Shown here piece by piece: positions 1 to 12,949 of a stretch of DNA of 35,300 nucleotides (the first letter of the stretch is position 1; each line of letters begins with the position of its first letter). Under the pieces are notes generated by a model, which ran no database searches, was not told the origin of the DNA, and saw only the letters and a program-made list of their open reading frames with translations. Made by a program: the position numbers and the translations under genes. This stretch comes from Myxococcales bacterium (GTDB lineage Bacteria; Myxococcota_A; UBA9042): positions 1 through 35,300 of the forward strand of contig JBBISH010000064.1 in NCBI GenBank assembly GCA_037441385.1, written 5' to 3'.

Positions 1-3000
1 GGGTTGCTGTCGTCGCAGTTCTTGGCCGCGCCGGGTTTGCACGCGGCAGCCGCGCAGGTGTCGCCGGCCGAGCAGGCGTTGCCGTCGTCGCAGGGCGCGG
101 TATTGGCAGTGCTTTTGCACGCGCCGCTGCTGGGGTCACAGGCGTCGTCGGTGCAGGGGTTGCCGTCCGAGCAGGCCAGGATCTTGCCAGGTTTGCAGGC
201 GCCGCCGGCACAGGCGTCGCCGATGCTGCACGAGTTGCCGTCGTCGCAGGCCAAGGTGTTGGCCGTGTTGGCGCAGGCGCCGGTGCTGGCGGCGCAGGCA
301 TCGGTGGTGCACGGGTTGCCGTCGTCGCAGTTCTTGGCCGCGCCGGACTTGCAGACGCCGCCGCCGCAGAGGTCGCCCAGCGTGCAGGCCGAACCGTCGT
401 CGCAAGTAGCCGTGTTCGCTGCAAAGCTGCATTTGCCGGCGGCGCACAGGTTGTCGGTGCACAAGTTGCCGTCGTCGCACTCGCTGGGCGAAGTGCAGTT
501 GCCGCCGCAGCCGGCGATGGGCTTGAAGTTGCAGTTGCCCGTTGCGGAATCGCAGACGTCGCTGGTGCAGGCGTCGCTGTCGGCGCAGACCTTGGCCGCG
601 CCGGCCATGCACACGCCCTGCTGGCAGACGTCGCCAAAGGTGCAGGCGTCGCCGTCGCTGCACGAGGTGGCGATGGGGTTGTGATCGCAGCCGCCGGTTT
701 GCGTGGCGCAGACGTCGTGGGTGCAAGGGTTGCCGTCGTCGCAGCTTTTGGCCACGCCGGGCTTGCACGCGCCTTGGATGCAGGCGTCGCCCTGGGTGCA
801 GGCGTCGCCGTCGCTGCAGGGTGCCGGGCTGGCTACGTTCAGGCATTTGCCGGTCTTGGGGTCGCACGTGTCGCTGGTGCAAGGGTTGCCGTCGTCGCAG
901 CTGACGGCCGGGCCGGCACTGCAGGTTCCGCCCTGGCAGCTATCGGCCACGGTGCAGGGGTCGCCGTCGTCGCAGGGCCCGCTGCTGGCCAGGGCGCTGC
1001 AGGCGCCGGTTTGGCTGTCGCATTGATCGGCGCTGCAAGGGTTGCCATCGTCGCAGACTTTGGCTTTGCCGGGCGCGCAGTTGCCGTCTTTGCAGGCGTC
1101 GCCCAGGCTGCAGGCGTTGCCGTCGTCGCAGGGCGCGGCGGTGGGGCTGTGGTCGCAGCCGCCGTTCAGGCACGAGTCGGCGGTGCACGGGTTGCCGTCG
1201 TCGCAGTTCTTGGCAGTGCCGGGCAGGCAAACGCCGCTGGTGCAGGTGTCGCCCACGGTGCAGGCGTCGCCGTCGTCGCACTTGACGGTGGTGGGGACAA
1301 ACGCGCACTTGCCGCCCAGGCACGCGTCCACGGTGCACACATTGTTGTCTTGGCAGTCCGTCGCGTCTTTGCATGCGCCGCCGCAGCCGGCGATGGGGGC
1401 GTGGCCGCACTCGCCGGTGCTCTTGTTGCAGGTGTCGAGCGTGCAAGCGTCGCTGTCTGCACAGTTTTGCTGCGTACCCAGGCTGCACTTGCCGGCCGCG
1501 CACTGCTCGCCCACGCTGCAGGCATCGCCGTCGTCGCAGGGCTGACCGCTGCTGGCCACATAGGCGCAGGCGCCCGTGCCGGGATCACAACTGTCGATGG
1601 TGCAAGGGTTGCCGTCGCTGCAGGCCGTGGCTGGGCCGGGCGCGCAGCTGCCGCCGCTGCACTGATCGGGGCCGGTGCAGGCGTTGCCGTCGCTGCACGG
1701 CGCGGTGCTGGGCGTGGCGGTGCACTGGCCGGTCTGGGCGTCGCAGCCGTCGACGGTACACAAATTGCCGTCGTCGCAGGGCTTCTTGGCGCCGGAGCCG
1801 CAGAATCCCTGGGCGCAGGCGTCGCCCACGGTGCAGGCGTTGCCGTCGCTGCACGGTCCATTGTTCAGGGCGTGGGTGCAGCCCAATTGGGGATCGCAGC
1901 CGTCGTCGCTGCAGGGGTTGCCGTCGTCGCAGTTGGCGACCTTGCCGGTGCACGCGCCGCCGGTGCAGATGTCTGGGGTGGTGCATGGGGTGCCGTCGTC
2001 GCACGCCAGGCCGTCTTGCTTGGCGCTGAACTTACATTTGCCGTCGTCCAAGGCGCACTTGCCGACCATGCACGAGTCGCTACTGGTGCAGACCTTGGGT
2101 GCGCCCGAGGCGCACGCGGCGGCCTGGCACTGGTCGCCCACGGTGCACAGGTTGTCGTCGTCGCAGGGCGCGCCGTCGTCGTTCTTGTGTTGGCAGCCCT
2201 TGGCGGGCAGGCACGAGTCGGCGGTGCAAGGGTTGCCGTCGTCGCAGCTTTTGGCCTTGGCGCCTTTGCACGTGTCGCCGCTGCAGGCTTCGGACTCGGT
2301 GCAGGCGTTGCCGTCGTCGCAGGGCTGGCCATCCAACACCGTGTTGCTGCAGCCTTTCTTGGGATCGCACACGTCTTCGGTGCAGACCTTGGCGTCGTCG
2401 CAGACGCCGTCGTCGGTCTTGCCGTTGCAGTCGTTGTCTTGGCCGTCGCAGATCTCGCCGCTGGGCGACGGGGCGCTGCAGGTGCTGAGGCCGTCGGCGC
2501 CGCAGGCCCGCTGCCCAGGGCATTTGCCAATGACGTTGCCTTGCGCGTCCTTGGCGACGGCCATGCAACCGGTGGACAGGGCAGCGGCTTTGGCGGCGTT
2601 GCTGCACGTGCAGGCGCCCAAGACGCCATCGGTGCCCGCCTTGGGTGCGCACTGCTTGGCGGTCGCTCCGTCGATGGTGGGCAGGTTCTGGCAGGCAAAG
2701 CCGCTTGGGCACTCGCTGTCGCCAGTGCAGACTGCGCCGCAAAACGCGCCCGCGTCGCCGTGGACCACGCAGACAGCCGCGCCCTGCCCTGGCGCCGCGC
2801 ACGCTGCCGAAGTGGTGCACGGGTCGCAGAGCTTGCCCCACTTGGGCACGCAGATGCTCTGCACGTCGCCGCCGGCGCCGCTGACCTGGGCACACTGGAA
2901 GTCGGCCGGACAGTTGGTGGTGCAGGTGGTGGCGCAGCGCTTGCCCTCGGGCGTGTCGATGCACAAGCCGATGTCGCAGTCCCCATTGACCTTGCAGGCG

Positions 3001-3263
3001 CAGCCGCCGCCACCAGGACAGCTACCTTCCGGCACATCCTTTTCTGTATCCGCGGGTTGCGCGTCATCAGCGACTTCTGGCGCATCGTTGGGTGGGACAA
3101 TGGAATCGTCGCTGGTAGCGTCGCTGGCCGCAGCGTCGACCTTGGCCACGGTCGCTGGGGCGGGGTCTTCCCCGCAACCCGCCGCAAGCAAAGCCAAGGC
3201 AAGGGCAGGCAGGACGCCAAGCGGGCGGTACGAGCGACACAGACCAAAGGGGAAACGTGGCAT
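1..3263 (-). CDS. Large cysteine-rich repeat lipoprotein (3' end outside window, >1080 aa)
   Basis: Translated by hand from ATG 3263 (GGAGG RBS): MPRFPFGLCRSYRPLGVLPALALALLAAGC (lipobox), an acidic linker, then many C-D-D-G-N-[PA]-C-T-x-x-D-x-C repeats and one EICDGQDNDCNGKTDD MopE-type motif (~2405-2460). No stop seen before the window edge, hence absent from the ORF track. Confidence 0.9.
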   Translation of the reverse strand, partial: MPRFPFGLCRSYRPLGVLPALALALLAAGCGEDPAPATVAKVDAAASDATSDDSIVPPNDAPEVADDAQPADTEKDVPEGSCPGGGGCACKVNGDCDIGLCIDTPEGKRCATTCTTNCPADFQCAQVSGAGGDVQSICVPKWGKLCDPCTTSAACAAPGQGAAVCVVHGDAGAFCGAVCTGDSECPSGFACQNLPTIDGATAKQCAPKAGTDGVLGACTCSNAAKAAALSTGCMAVAKDAQGNVIGKCPGQRACGADGLSTCSAPSPSGEICDGQDNDCNGKTDDGVCDDAKVCTEDVCDPKKGCSNTVLDGQPCDDGNACTESEACSGDTCKGAKAKSCDDGNPCTADSCLPAKGCQHKNDDGAPCDDDNLCTVGDQCQAAACASGAPKVCTSSDSCMVGKCALDDGKCKFSAKQDGLACDDGTPCTTPDICTGGACTGKVANCDDGNPCSDDGCDPQLGCTHALNNGPCSDGNACTVGDACAQGFCGSGAKKPCDDGNLCTVDGCDAQTGQCTATPSTAPCSDGNACTGPDQCSGGSCAPGPATACSDGNPCTIDSCDPGTGACAYVASSGQPCDDGDACSVGEQCAAGKCSLGTQQNCADSDACTLDTCNKSTGECGHAPIAGCGGACKDATDCQDNNVCTVDACLGGKCAFVPTTVKCDDGDACTVGDTCTSGVCLPGTAKNCDDGNPCTADSCLNGGCDHSPTAAPCDDGNACSLGDACKDGNCAPGKAKVCDDGNPCSADQCDSQTGACSALASSGPCDDGDPCTVADSCQGGTCSAGPAVSCDDGNPCTSDTCDPKTGKCLNVASPAPCSDGDACTQGDACIQGACKPGVAKSCDDGNPCTHDVCATQTGGCDHNPIATSCSDGDACTFGDVCQQGVCMAGAAKVCADSDACTSDVCDSATGNCNFKPIAGCGGNCTSPSECDDGNLCTDNLCAAGKCSFAANTATCDDGSACTLGDLCGGGVCKSGAAKNCDDGNPCTTDACAASTGACANTANTLACDDGNSCSIGDACAGGACKPGKILACSDGNPCTDDACDPSSGACKSTANTAPCDDGNACSAGDTCAAAACKPGAAKNCDDSN

Positions 3264-3828
3264 GGGCGGCCTCCAGCGGACCAGTGTGGCCACGCCGCAG
3301 TCTTGGCAGTGTGGCCGATCCAGTGGGCACGCGACAAGGGGATTTGACGAGCGTCGCCAGTGCGGCGAATGCTCGACTTGGGGCACTGCAGGGCGACGCC
3401 GAACGCGAGGTCCGTTTCCGCTAAGAAACTGAGTAGAAATCTGCCCTTGACGCGTCTCGCAGGGCGGCGTAGGCTTTGATGTCACGGCCGGAAGGTCCGG
3501 CCGAGCGGTGGCGATGGCGACGCACGGCGCGCTCCGCCAAGGCGGTTGCGGCTCGCGCCCACCGCCACAACTGTGGGCATCATGGGTTGCAGGTAGATTG
3601 CCCCCAGGTACAAAGACGACGCGAATGGATCCCGCTGGGGTGGATGTGCATGGATCGCTGCGTCCCGCTTGACCGGTCCAGGTCGGTTCGGACTAGGCCG
3701 GGGGCGAGCGGGCCGCGGGCAAGATGGGCTGCGTTGGCGGCATGCCATGGGCAGCGAGTGGTGGGCCGGACCTTCAAGAGCGGATTGCTTTTGTATCGCG
3801 AGGTGGACATCCCAGGCGAGGGATAGCG

Positions 3829-7410
<3,582 letters not shown>

Positions 7411-7420
7411 TGCGGAATGC

Positions 7421-7843
7421 GTCCGAGTCGGACCGAAGGCTCGGGCAATTCTTCCTGCCTTACCGGTTGCCTACTCTGCCTCCACGTCGAAGGACCCTCA
7501 CCCCCGGCCTATGGCCGACCCCTCTCCCACTGAAGTAGGCGAGGTGTAAAGAGAAATTGCATTGCCCGTCGCCCAAAGCGTTGGGAGAGGAGGGGTCCCC
7601 GCGGTGAGCGAAGGGAGCGAGTGGCGCAGGGAGAGCGGGGCTGCCGCGGCAGGCGGCGGGGTGAGGGCTAAGTGCCGCGGCTTGCACAGGTTTCCAATAC
7701 ACTCAGGGTGCTAGTAGCTGTCCGGTAAGGCAGGCAATTCTTCGGGCCCGCACCGGGGTCCCCGCCTGATTCCCCACCTAATTTTCAACAGTTGTAGAAC
7801 GGTTCAGAAAGCCGTACAGGCTAGTATCAGGTGGGGTGCGTAT
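7421..7843 (+). repeat. Repeat family B copy 1 (~135-bp unit, interrupted by MITE A1)
   Basis: GTCCGAgTCGGAcCGAAggCTCGGGCAATTCTT...CGGGCCCGcACCGGGGTCCCCGCCTGATTC...GGTTCAGAAAGCCGTACAGGC...ATCAGGTgGGGTGCGTAT matches the reverse complement of 21561-21938 and part of 33711-33755. Confidence 0.8.
7454..7734. mobile_element. MITE family A copy 1
   Basis: TIRs CCTGCCTTACCGG / CCGGTAAGGCAGG. Exact 8-bp direct repeat CAATTCTT at 7446-7453 and 7735-7742. No credible ORF inside. Confidence 0.88.
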
Positions 7844-7856
7844 CCGGCAATCGATG

Positions 7857-7912
7857 CCTGGCACGAGACACCTGGCGCGAGACACCTGGCGCGAGACAAC
7901 TGGCACGCGACG
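7857..7912. repeat. 14-bp tandem repeat x4
   Basis: CCTGGCACGAGACA, CCTGGCGCGAGACA, CCTGGCGCGAGACA, ACTGGCACGCGACG; it abuts the stop codon of the 7913-9103 gene. Confidence 0.85.
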
Positions 7913-9103
7913 CTACGGCAGCAAATTGTAGAGAATCCGCGCACTCACCTTGACGGGCGCCACGCCCCCCGGCTTGGTCACCGTGACGTGGTAGGCGATG
8001 CCATTGCTGCCCGCCTCGTTCTTGGCAGCTTGGTCGACAAAGGCCCAGAAGAACTTGTAGCCCTTGCCATTTTCTTCGGGGTGCAGGACAGAGATCGAGC
8101 TCTCGACCACGGTGTGATTGAAGTAGCCGATCACCGTGCCGAATTGGATATTCAGCATCTTGGCATCGTTCAAGGTTTTTTGCTGCGCGTCGGCGTCGTT
8201 GGCAAAGCGGAACTCCAAGAACATCTTGGCGTGGGTCATCTTGTCGGCGTCGAACTTCTGGGCGCGATCGTAGGTGCTGAGGGTCATGGTCGCGGCCTTG
8301 TCGTCCAAGACCGTGCTTTTCTTGCAGTAGTTGGGACCCGAGGTCGCCGGCCCGTAGTCCTGCTCGCCCTCCCAGCCCATGTGCGCGCCGATGAGCGGCA
8401 CGTCGACCGCGACCACGCCCAAGTCCGGGTGCTCCCACACATCGCCCGCGATGGGGTTGGTGGCCAGGCCCGGCGGGATGCCCTCGCCCACCAAGGTGAG
8501 CGCCCCCTTGAAGTGGCGGGTATTGTGAACCACGCCGGCGGCGGTCGCCACGGTCTCGGCGTCGCCCACCAGGGTCAGGTCCAACGTCGCCGTGGCCTTC
8601 AGCGGCGTATCGGTGGGCGACAGCTGGAAAGTGCCCGCACCTTGGTAGGTTTTCTTCTCGCCCACTGGCGGCCGCAAGTCGAACGTCACCGGCGGGTCCA
8701 AGGTCACCGTGGTAAAGCCCGGATCCTCCACGCCGGCAAAGGTCAGTTGCGTGGCCGTGGGTTTGCGCACCAGGGTCCGCGCGCCCTTGGTGCCGTCTTT
8801 GCCCAAGTCGGCCGGGCTGGCGATGTCGTAGCCGGCCTTGACGATGTCGAAGCTGACGCCGCCGATGGTCTTGCTGCCGATGATCCCCGAAAAGAAGCGA
8901 TCCGCGTTGACAAACGGGTACTTGCCGCGCATCGAGAAGGTGGTGCGGGGCGAGACGCCGCCGAACGGCGCCTTGGGATCGCTGGGTACCACGCTGTCGC
9001 CCGATCCGCTGGACAGGCCGCCGCCACCGCCAGAACTGGCGTCGCAACCCACCAAGAGTACTAGTGCTATTCCGACACAGGCCAACGACCACCGGCCGAC
9101 CAT
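7913..9103 (-). CDS. Lipoprotein of unknown function (396 aa)
   Basis: GGAGG RBS; signal peptide with LLVGC lipobox; Gly/Ser linker; beta-rich body; GC-rich third codon positions. Confidence 0.85.
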   Translation of the reverse strand: MVGRWSLACVGIALVLLVGCDASSGGGGGLSSGSGDSVVPSDPKAPFGGVSPRTTFSMRGKYPFVNADRFFSGIIGSKTIGGVSFDIVKAGYDIASPADLGKDGTKGARTLVRKPTATQLTFAGVEDPGFTTVTLDPPVTFDLRPPVGEKKTYQGAGTFQLSPTDTPLKATATLDLTLVGDAETVATAAGVVHNTRHFKGALTLVGEGIPPGLATNPIAGDVWEHPDLGVVAVDVPLIGAHMGWEGEQDYGPATSGPNYCKKSTVLDDKAATMTLSTYDRAQKFDADKMTHAKMFLEFRFANDADAQQKTLNDAKMLNIQFGTVIGYFNHTVVESSISVLHPEENGKGYKFFWAFVDQAAKNEAGSNGIAYHVTVTKPGGVAPVKVSARILYNLLP

Positions 9104-9210
9104 AGGGCCTCCTTGCAGTGTCGCTCACCCCGTGCCCAGTCTAACCTGGGGTCAGAAACGCGGCAGATCCCTGTCTCCCGGATTTGCCACAGCTTGGCCA
9201 CGTCCGGCGA

Positions 9211-9555
9211 CTACGGGGCGGCGGCGGCCGGCGTGTCCCCGTCCAGACCCTGCCGGCCCCGGTGGTGACCGTGACGGCAGTGGCCCATCGCCTCGCGGAA
9301 ACGCTGGCGTTCTTCGTCGCTCATCTTGGCCCAGCGGGCGCGCCGGTGCATCCACCCGCGGTGACCAAAGCCGCCCGACAGGACCCGCGCCAGCAGCAGC
9401 AGACCCAAGGCGTGCGGGAAGTCGATCGGCTGGGCACCAGTCACAAGGCCCGGAACCAGCCAATTCCACAGCAGCATCACGCCGCCGCCCAAGCCCGACA
9501 CGGCCACCGCGACAAACACGAAGAACTTGACGAAACGAAAGAAACGCGAAGGCAT
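9211..9555 (-). CDS. Small membrane protein associated with the ECF sigma factor
   Basis: Two hydrophobic segments (VMLLWNWLVP...ALGLLLLARVLSGG) and a charged tail WAKMSDEERQRFRE; directly downstream of the sigma gene; GGAG RBS before ATG 9555. Confidence 0.8.
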   Translation of the reverse strand: MPSRFFRFVKFFVFVAVAVSGLGGGVMLLWNWLVPGLVTGAQPIDFPHALGLLLLARVLSGGFGHRGWMHRRARWAKMSDEERQRFREAMGHCRHGHHRGRQGLDGDTPAAAAP

Positions 9556-9573
9556 ATTCACTCCTGTGCGCTG

Positions 9574-10152
9574 CTAGAGCGCGTCACCGTTGTCTTGAAG
9601 CGCGGCCAGCCGGCGGCGAAGGTGCTGCACGGCATAGCGTTTGCGCGCCAGTAGGGTGTTCTGATTGACCCCCGTGGCCTCGGCCATGTCGCGGAACGAC
9701 ACGCCGTCGACCTCGTGGGCCAAGAAGACGTCGCGCTGCTCGGGCGGCAGCTCGTCCAGCGCCGCCTCGATCTCGGCCAGCAGCACGGCGCGGGCGTATT
9801 CCGCGTCGGGACCACCCCGCGGATCGGGGAGTTGCCGCTCGAGCCAGCTGCCGTCGCCGTCGTCGTCCTCAGGCAGCGGCAGCTCCTTCTTCTTGCGGAA
9901 CCGGTCGACGATGCGGTTGCGGGCGACGCGAAACAGCCACGCGCCCACTTGCTCGACGGGCTCCGAGACCAGCACGGTCTCGACCAATTCCGCGAACGTG
10001 TCTTGGACCAGATCCTCGGCCTCGGCCGCGCTGCCCAGCCGCTGCCGCGCAAAGGCGGTAAGGCGGCTGCGCTCGCGGACAAAGACCGCGGTCAGGCGGC
10101 TTTGGGATTCGGCGGTTTGTGCGGAGATGTGTGCGGAGATGGCGGCGTCCAT
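9574..10152 (-). CDS. ECF RNA polymerase sigma factor
   Basis: Region 2 AEDLVQDTF...AWLFRVARNRIVDRFRK and region 4 LDELPPEQRDVFLAHEVDGVSFRDMA...RKRYAVQHLRRRL. Confidence 0.93.
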   Translation of the reverse strand: MDAAISAHISAQTAESQSRLTAVFVRERSRLTAFARQRLGSAAEAEDLVQDTFAELVETVLVSEPVEQVGAWLFRVARNRIVDRFRKKKELPLPEDDDGDGSWLERQLPDPRGGPDAEYARAVLLAEIEAALDELPPEQRDVFLAHEVDGVSFRDMAEATGVNQNTLLARKRYAVQHLRRRLAALQDNGDAL

Positions 10153-10265
10153 GCGGGGAAGACGAATGACCGGCGGGATTATTGTAGGACGTTGCAGGAA
10201 AAGTGCAGGGCGGGCAATTTTCGGCGGTTTGCGGGGACGACCCTTCCCACGGGGTGGCGGTGGAG

Positions 10266-10549
10266 CGGCTACGGAAGGCGGATTCGACTTTGGGCGTCCC
10301 GGTCCGGCGACGAGGGTGCTGGCGGGGTCGGCAAGAACTTGCGCCGGCCCGTCGCGCTCCGGCCGCCGGTCGAAGAAAGGTCTGGCGAGAGTCGAAGTTG
10401 CTTGCTCCCGGCGGTGGCGACGCTCTGTCGCGCCGCCACCCCTCCGGGGCCTGGATCGCTGACGCGGAACTGCCTGCTATTCGAGAGATCGTCGCTAGAA
10501 ACGTTTGGATTCACCTGGACTTGGCTAACAAGTTGCGGCGCCGGAACTT
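10266..10549. repeat. Structured repeat family C copy 1
   Basis: TTTGGGCGTCCCGG...GCGCCGGCCCGTCGCGCTCCGGCCGCCGGTCGAAG...GGTGGCGACGC-loop-CGCGCCGCCACC...GGATCGCTGACGCGGAAC...CTTGGCTAACAAGTTGCG; recurs five more times (one partial). Confidence 0.9.
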
Positions 10550-10605
10550 GTTGGCGGGTGGTGCGTACTGGCGGACACAGAGGGGCGGCCGGCAGCACAG
10601 ACAGT

Positions 10606-10950
10606 TTCATTCCGGCGCCGGAATGAACGGGTTGAGCGGGCGACCGCCGGAGGGCCACGTCAAAGGATGCAATTTGCCGTCGGTTTCATCGGTTCGGCCT
10701 ACGGTCGGCAAGTCATCGAAGCGGTCGCGGTACAGGCGGCCAAAGGCGACTTGATTCGTCTGACGCGAAATCTCAATGACGACGTTGGCGCCGCCGGTCT
10801 GGCTGGGTGCGGAGCGCTCGCTGGGCGGGCAACTGACGAGGGCTTGCCAGAGCTGGTTGGTCGGGACGGTCGCGCCGCGATTGCCACGGTCGTCGCGGTT
10901 GTAGTTGGTCGTGGTGTAGAGCTTGACGGTCCGTTCGAAGTACGCGGGCT
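10606..10950 (-). repeat. Repeat D copy 1 (coding-like segment ending in a 22-bp palindrome)
   Basis: Closely similar to 16584-16930. Minus frame reads KPAYFERTVKLYTTTNYNRDD...FGRLYRDRFDDLP...FIPAPE*. Perfect palindrome TTCATTCCGGCGCCGGAATGAA at 10606-10627. Confidence 0.8.
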
Positions 10951-11049
10951 TTGTTATGGATTACCTTGAGGTTGAAGGGGCTTGCGGAGTTGTACCGGTC
11001 TCGGGGAGCGTCGGTTTGCCTGTCAACCTCTGGCAAATGACCGCGCTCT

Positions 11050-11078
11050 GGTCTGCGAGCAGCAATGCTCGCAGGACC
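11050..11078 (-). terminator. Hairpin downstream of the immunity gene (possible terminator)
   Basis: CTGCGAGCA-GCAA-TGCTCGCAG stem ~35 nt after the stop at 11111; no clear U tract. Confidence 0.35.
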
Positions 11079-11110
11079 ACAGGCTCCGCCACTGATACGC
11101 AACTGACGCA

Positions 11111-11443
11111 TCAGCACTTCCATGCAGAAAAATCAGGGAGTTGACCGAATTTGACCTCCGGCAGGGAACTCAACTCCTCTGCCGTGAATTCATCCTCTGG
11201 ATTGTCGTCAAGCCAGAACGCGAACTCGGAATCTGCCCAACTCCAAGCCTGCGATTGGCCCGCTGCCTCAAACAAGTTTCGTACGTAACTGTTTGCTACC
11301 GTCTGGCCCCAGGTGAGAGCCTGGGCCCGGTCGGCAGCGAAGACGAAGAACGCGCCTGACCATTCGTCGTCCCAGCCGTGGTCACGATTAGCCTGCAGCT
11401 GTTCGGGAGTGCTGTAGCCAAATCGAAACAAGAACTTTCCCAT
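11111..11443 (-). CDS. Putative immunity protein for Rhs-CT 1
   Basis: 110-aa acidic/aromatic ORF starting 12 nt after the toxin stop, with GAGG RBS. This is the standard position for a polymorphic-toxin immunity gene. Confidence 0.75.
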   Translation of the reverse strand: MGKFLFRFGYSTPEQLQANRDHGWDDEWSGAFFVFAADRAQALTWGQTVANSYVRNLFEAAGQSQAWSWADSEFAFWLDDNPEDEFTAEELSSLPEVKFGQLPDFSAWKC

Positions 11444-11455
11444 CGGCCGTGTCCC

Positions 11456-12949
11456 TCAGGGCAGTCTAGGTGGAATCGGCCGTCCAGTGGGCCCGATTCT
11501 TGGAGTTTGCGAACTTCCTCTGAGCTGGATTGCCTCGCCCCATGTGCTAACCGTGTCCCCGGCCTTGTTCCACGGCCGAGAGAGCATCTCGGCAGGTAAT
11601 GGGTCTCCAGGTTGACGGATGACAACAGGAATTTCGCGCATGTTCTGCTCCAGGGCAACTGCCGCCCTAGTGTGATCGACGGTGACGAGACCATCGACCG
11701 TCGCGACGACATCTGCAGGAGGACCGATCCAGCCTTTTTCGCTCATGAATCTCCGTATGATTCCGGCACGACCACTGCCACCGGCTGACGACTGGCTCCA
11801 TCGGAGGACCTTGGGATCGAGGAATTCGACCTTTGGAACTGACCCAAATGGACCAACGGAGGCCATGAAAGTGGAGGCCTCTCGGCCCAACATCATACGC
11901 GAAGCCATGCGGCCATACCGCACTAGGTCCAGTTGCGCGTCTGCCGCACGGTGGTCTGGAGAATCCTTCACGATATGGCAATAACTGCAGCCGTGCCCAG
12001 CCTCCGCGACCTCGGCCAGGCGCAGATTGCCCGCTCGCGCTTCGTTGCCAGCGACCATGTTCGCGTAGTGATCGCGTGGCCAGTTGGCCTGCAAGCGCAC
12101 GCCAGCCGGCCCCACCATGAATTCGTTGGGATTTGGCGGTCCGACAAAGTCGATCTGACTAGGTGTGGGGCTCGAGTGAAAAGTGCGGGTACGAGGCTGC
12201 GCATCGGAATGCCCTGATGCCCCGGCGCCCGAAAGCTGTGCCCGCAGCGACTGGTACACAGCGTCGGGCAATGCGGGGTCCCGCCCATCCGGGTCCACCC
12301 GAGAAACCGGATTTCCCGAACAAAACTCATACCCACTGCGCCCAGCCTGAAAAACTGGATCCCCAGCCGTCCACCTCCCCAACCAAGCCGCAAAGTACCG
12401 AGCCCCAAAGTAATACAGCCCGTTCTCGCTATCGCACTCCTTACCCGCATACCGATACCGCTTGACCGAAAACCCCGAATACCCCGACGCCGCAAACGCA
12501 TACGCCGTCCCGCCATACGGGTAATACTCTTCGCGAGTTAGCACCTGTCCAGAGTCCGTGGTCTCCAAGCACGAACTGCCCAGGTGGTTGCCGAGCTGGT
12601 AGCGCAGTACTGCCGCCGCCCCCGTGCTCGCCCCGGCCTCGATGGTCTTGACCTCAAACCGCGCCAGGCACCCGCGATCGTCCATCACGGCGAGCGTCTG
12701 CCACTCGACCCAGACCGAACCGCCCGAAAGGCTCTGCGAAATCTCAAAGCCGCCCGGCAAATACACCGTGATCTTACTTGGGGTTAGCGTGTAGCCGCTC
12801 AGGCTCCCGTACCGCTTGACCACCCGATTGCCACCGCCGTCGTAGCTGTAGCGGGCCACGGCGCTGCTGCTCGCGTAGGTCTGCTCGAGCCGGTTGGCGT
12901 AGTTCCACTTCAGGCCCGGGTTGTTGCCTGCGCCCGGCAAGTGCGGCAT
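11456..12949 (-). CDS. Orphan TcC/Rhs core plus C-terminal ParB-like toxin domain
   Basis: Rhs core motifs YQLGNHLGSS, EEYYPYGG, RYRYAGKECD, GLYYFGARYF, NPVSRVDPDG (cleavage motif). Tip LRWSQ...GWIGPPADVV...DGLVTVDHTRAAVA...TWGEAI resembles ParB-like polymorphic toxin domains. Confidence 0.85.
   Translation of the reverse strand: MPHLPGAGNNPGLKWNYANRLEQTYASSSAVARYSYDGGGNRVVKRYGSLSGYTLTPSKITVYLPGGFEISQSLSGGSVWVEWQTLAVMDDRGCLARFEVKTIEAGASTGAAAVLRYQLGNHLGSSCLETTDSGQVLTREEYYPYGGTAYAFAASGYSGFSVKRYRYAGKECDSENGLYYFGARYFAAWLGRWTAGDPVFQAGRSGYEFCSGNPVSRVDPDGRDPALPDAVYQSLRAQLSGAGASGHSDAQPRTRTFHSSPTPSQIDFVGPPNPNEFMVGPAGVRLQANWPRDHYANMVAGNEARAGNLRLAEVAEAGHGCSYCHIVKDSPDHRAADAQLDLVRYGRMASRMMLGREASTFMASVGPFGSVPKVEFLDPKVLRWSQSSAGGSGRAGIIRRFMSEKGWIGPPADVVATVDGLVTVDHTRAAVALEQNMREIPVVIRQPGDPLPAEMLSRPWNKAGDTVSTWGEAIQLRGSSQTPRIGPTGRPIPPRLP

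Noticed and set aside
4..3432. Long plus-strand ORFs (888, 585, 226 aa) and Arg-rich minus-strand ORFs
   Set aside because: They are antisense or off-frame shadows of the Cys-rich lipoprotein in GC-rich DNA.
7800..7825. GAAAGCCGTAC resembling group II intron domain V
   Set aside because: The complementary arm, domain VI and an RT gene are all missing; it is part of repeat B.
10269..10658. ORFs across repeat C (QFRVSDPGP... in several copies)
   Set aside because: Indels between copies shift the frame and there is no consistent start; open frames are expected at this GC content.
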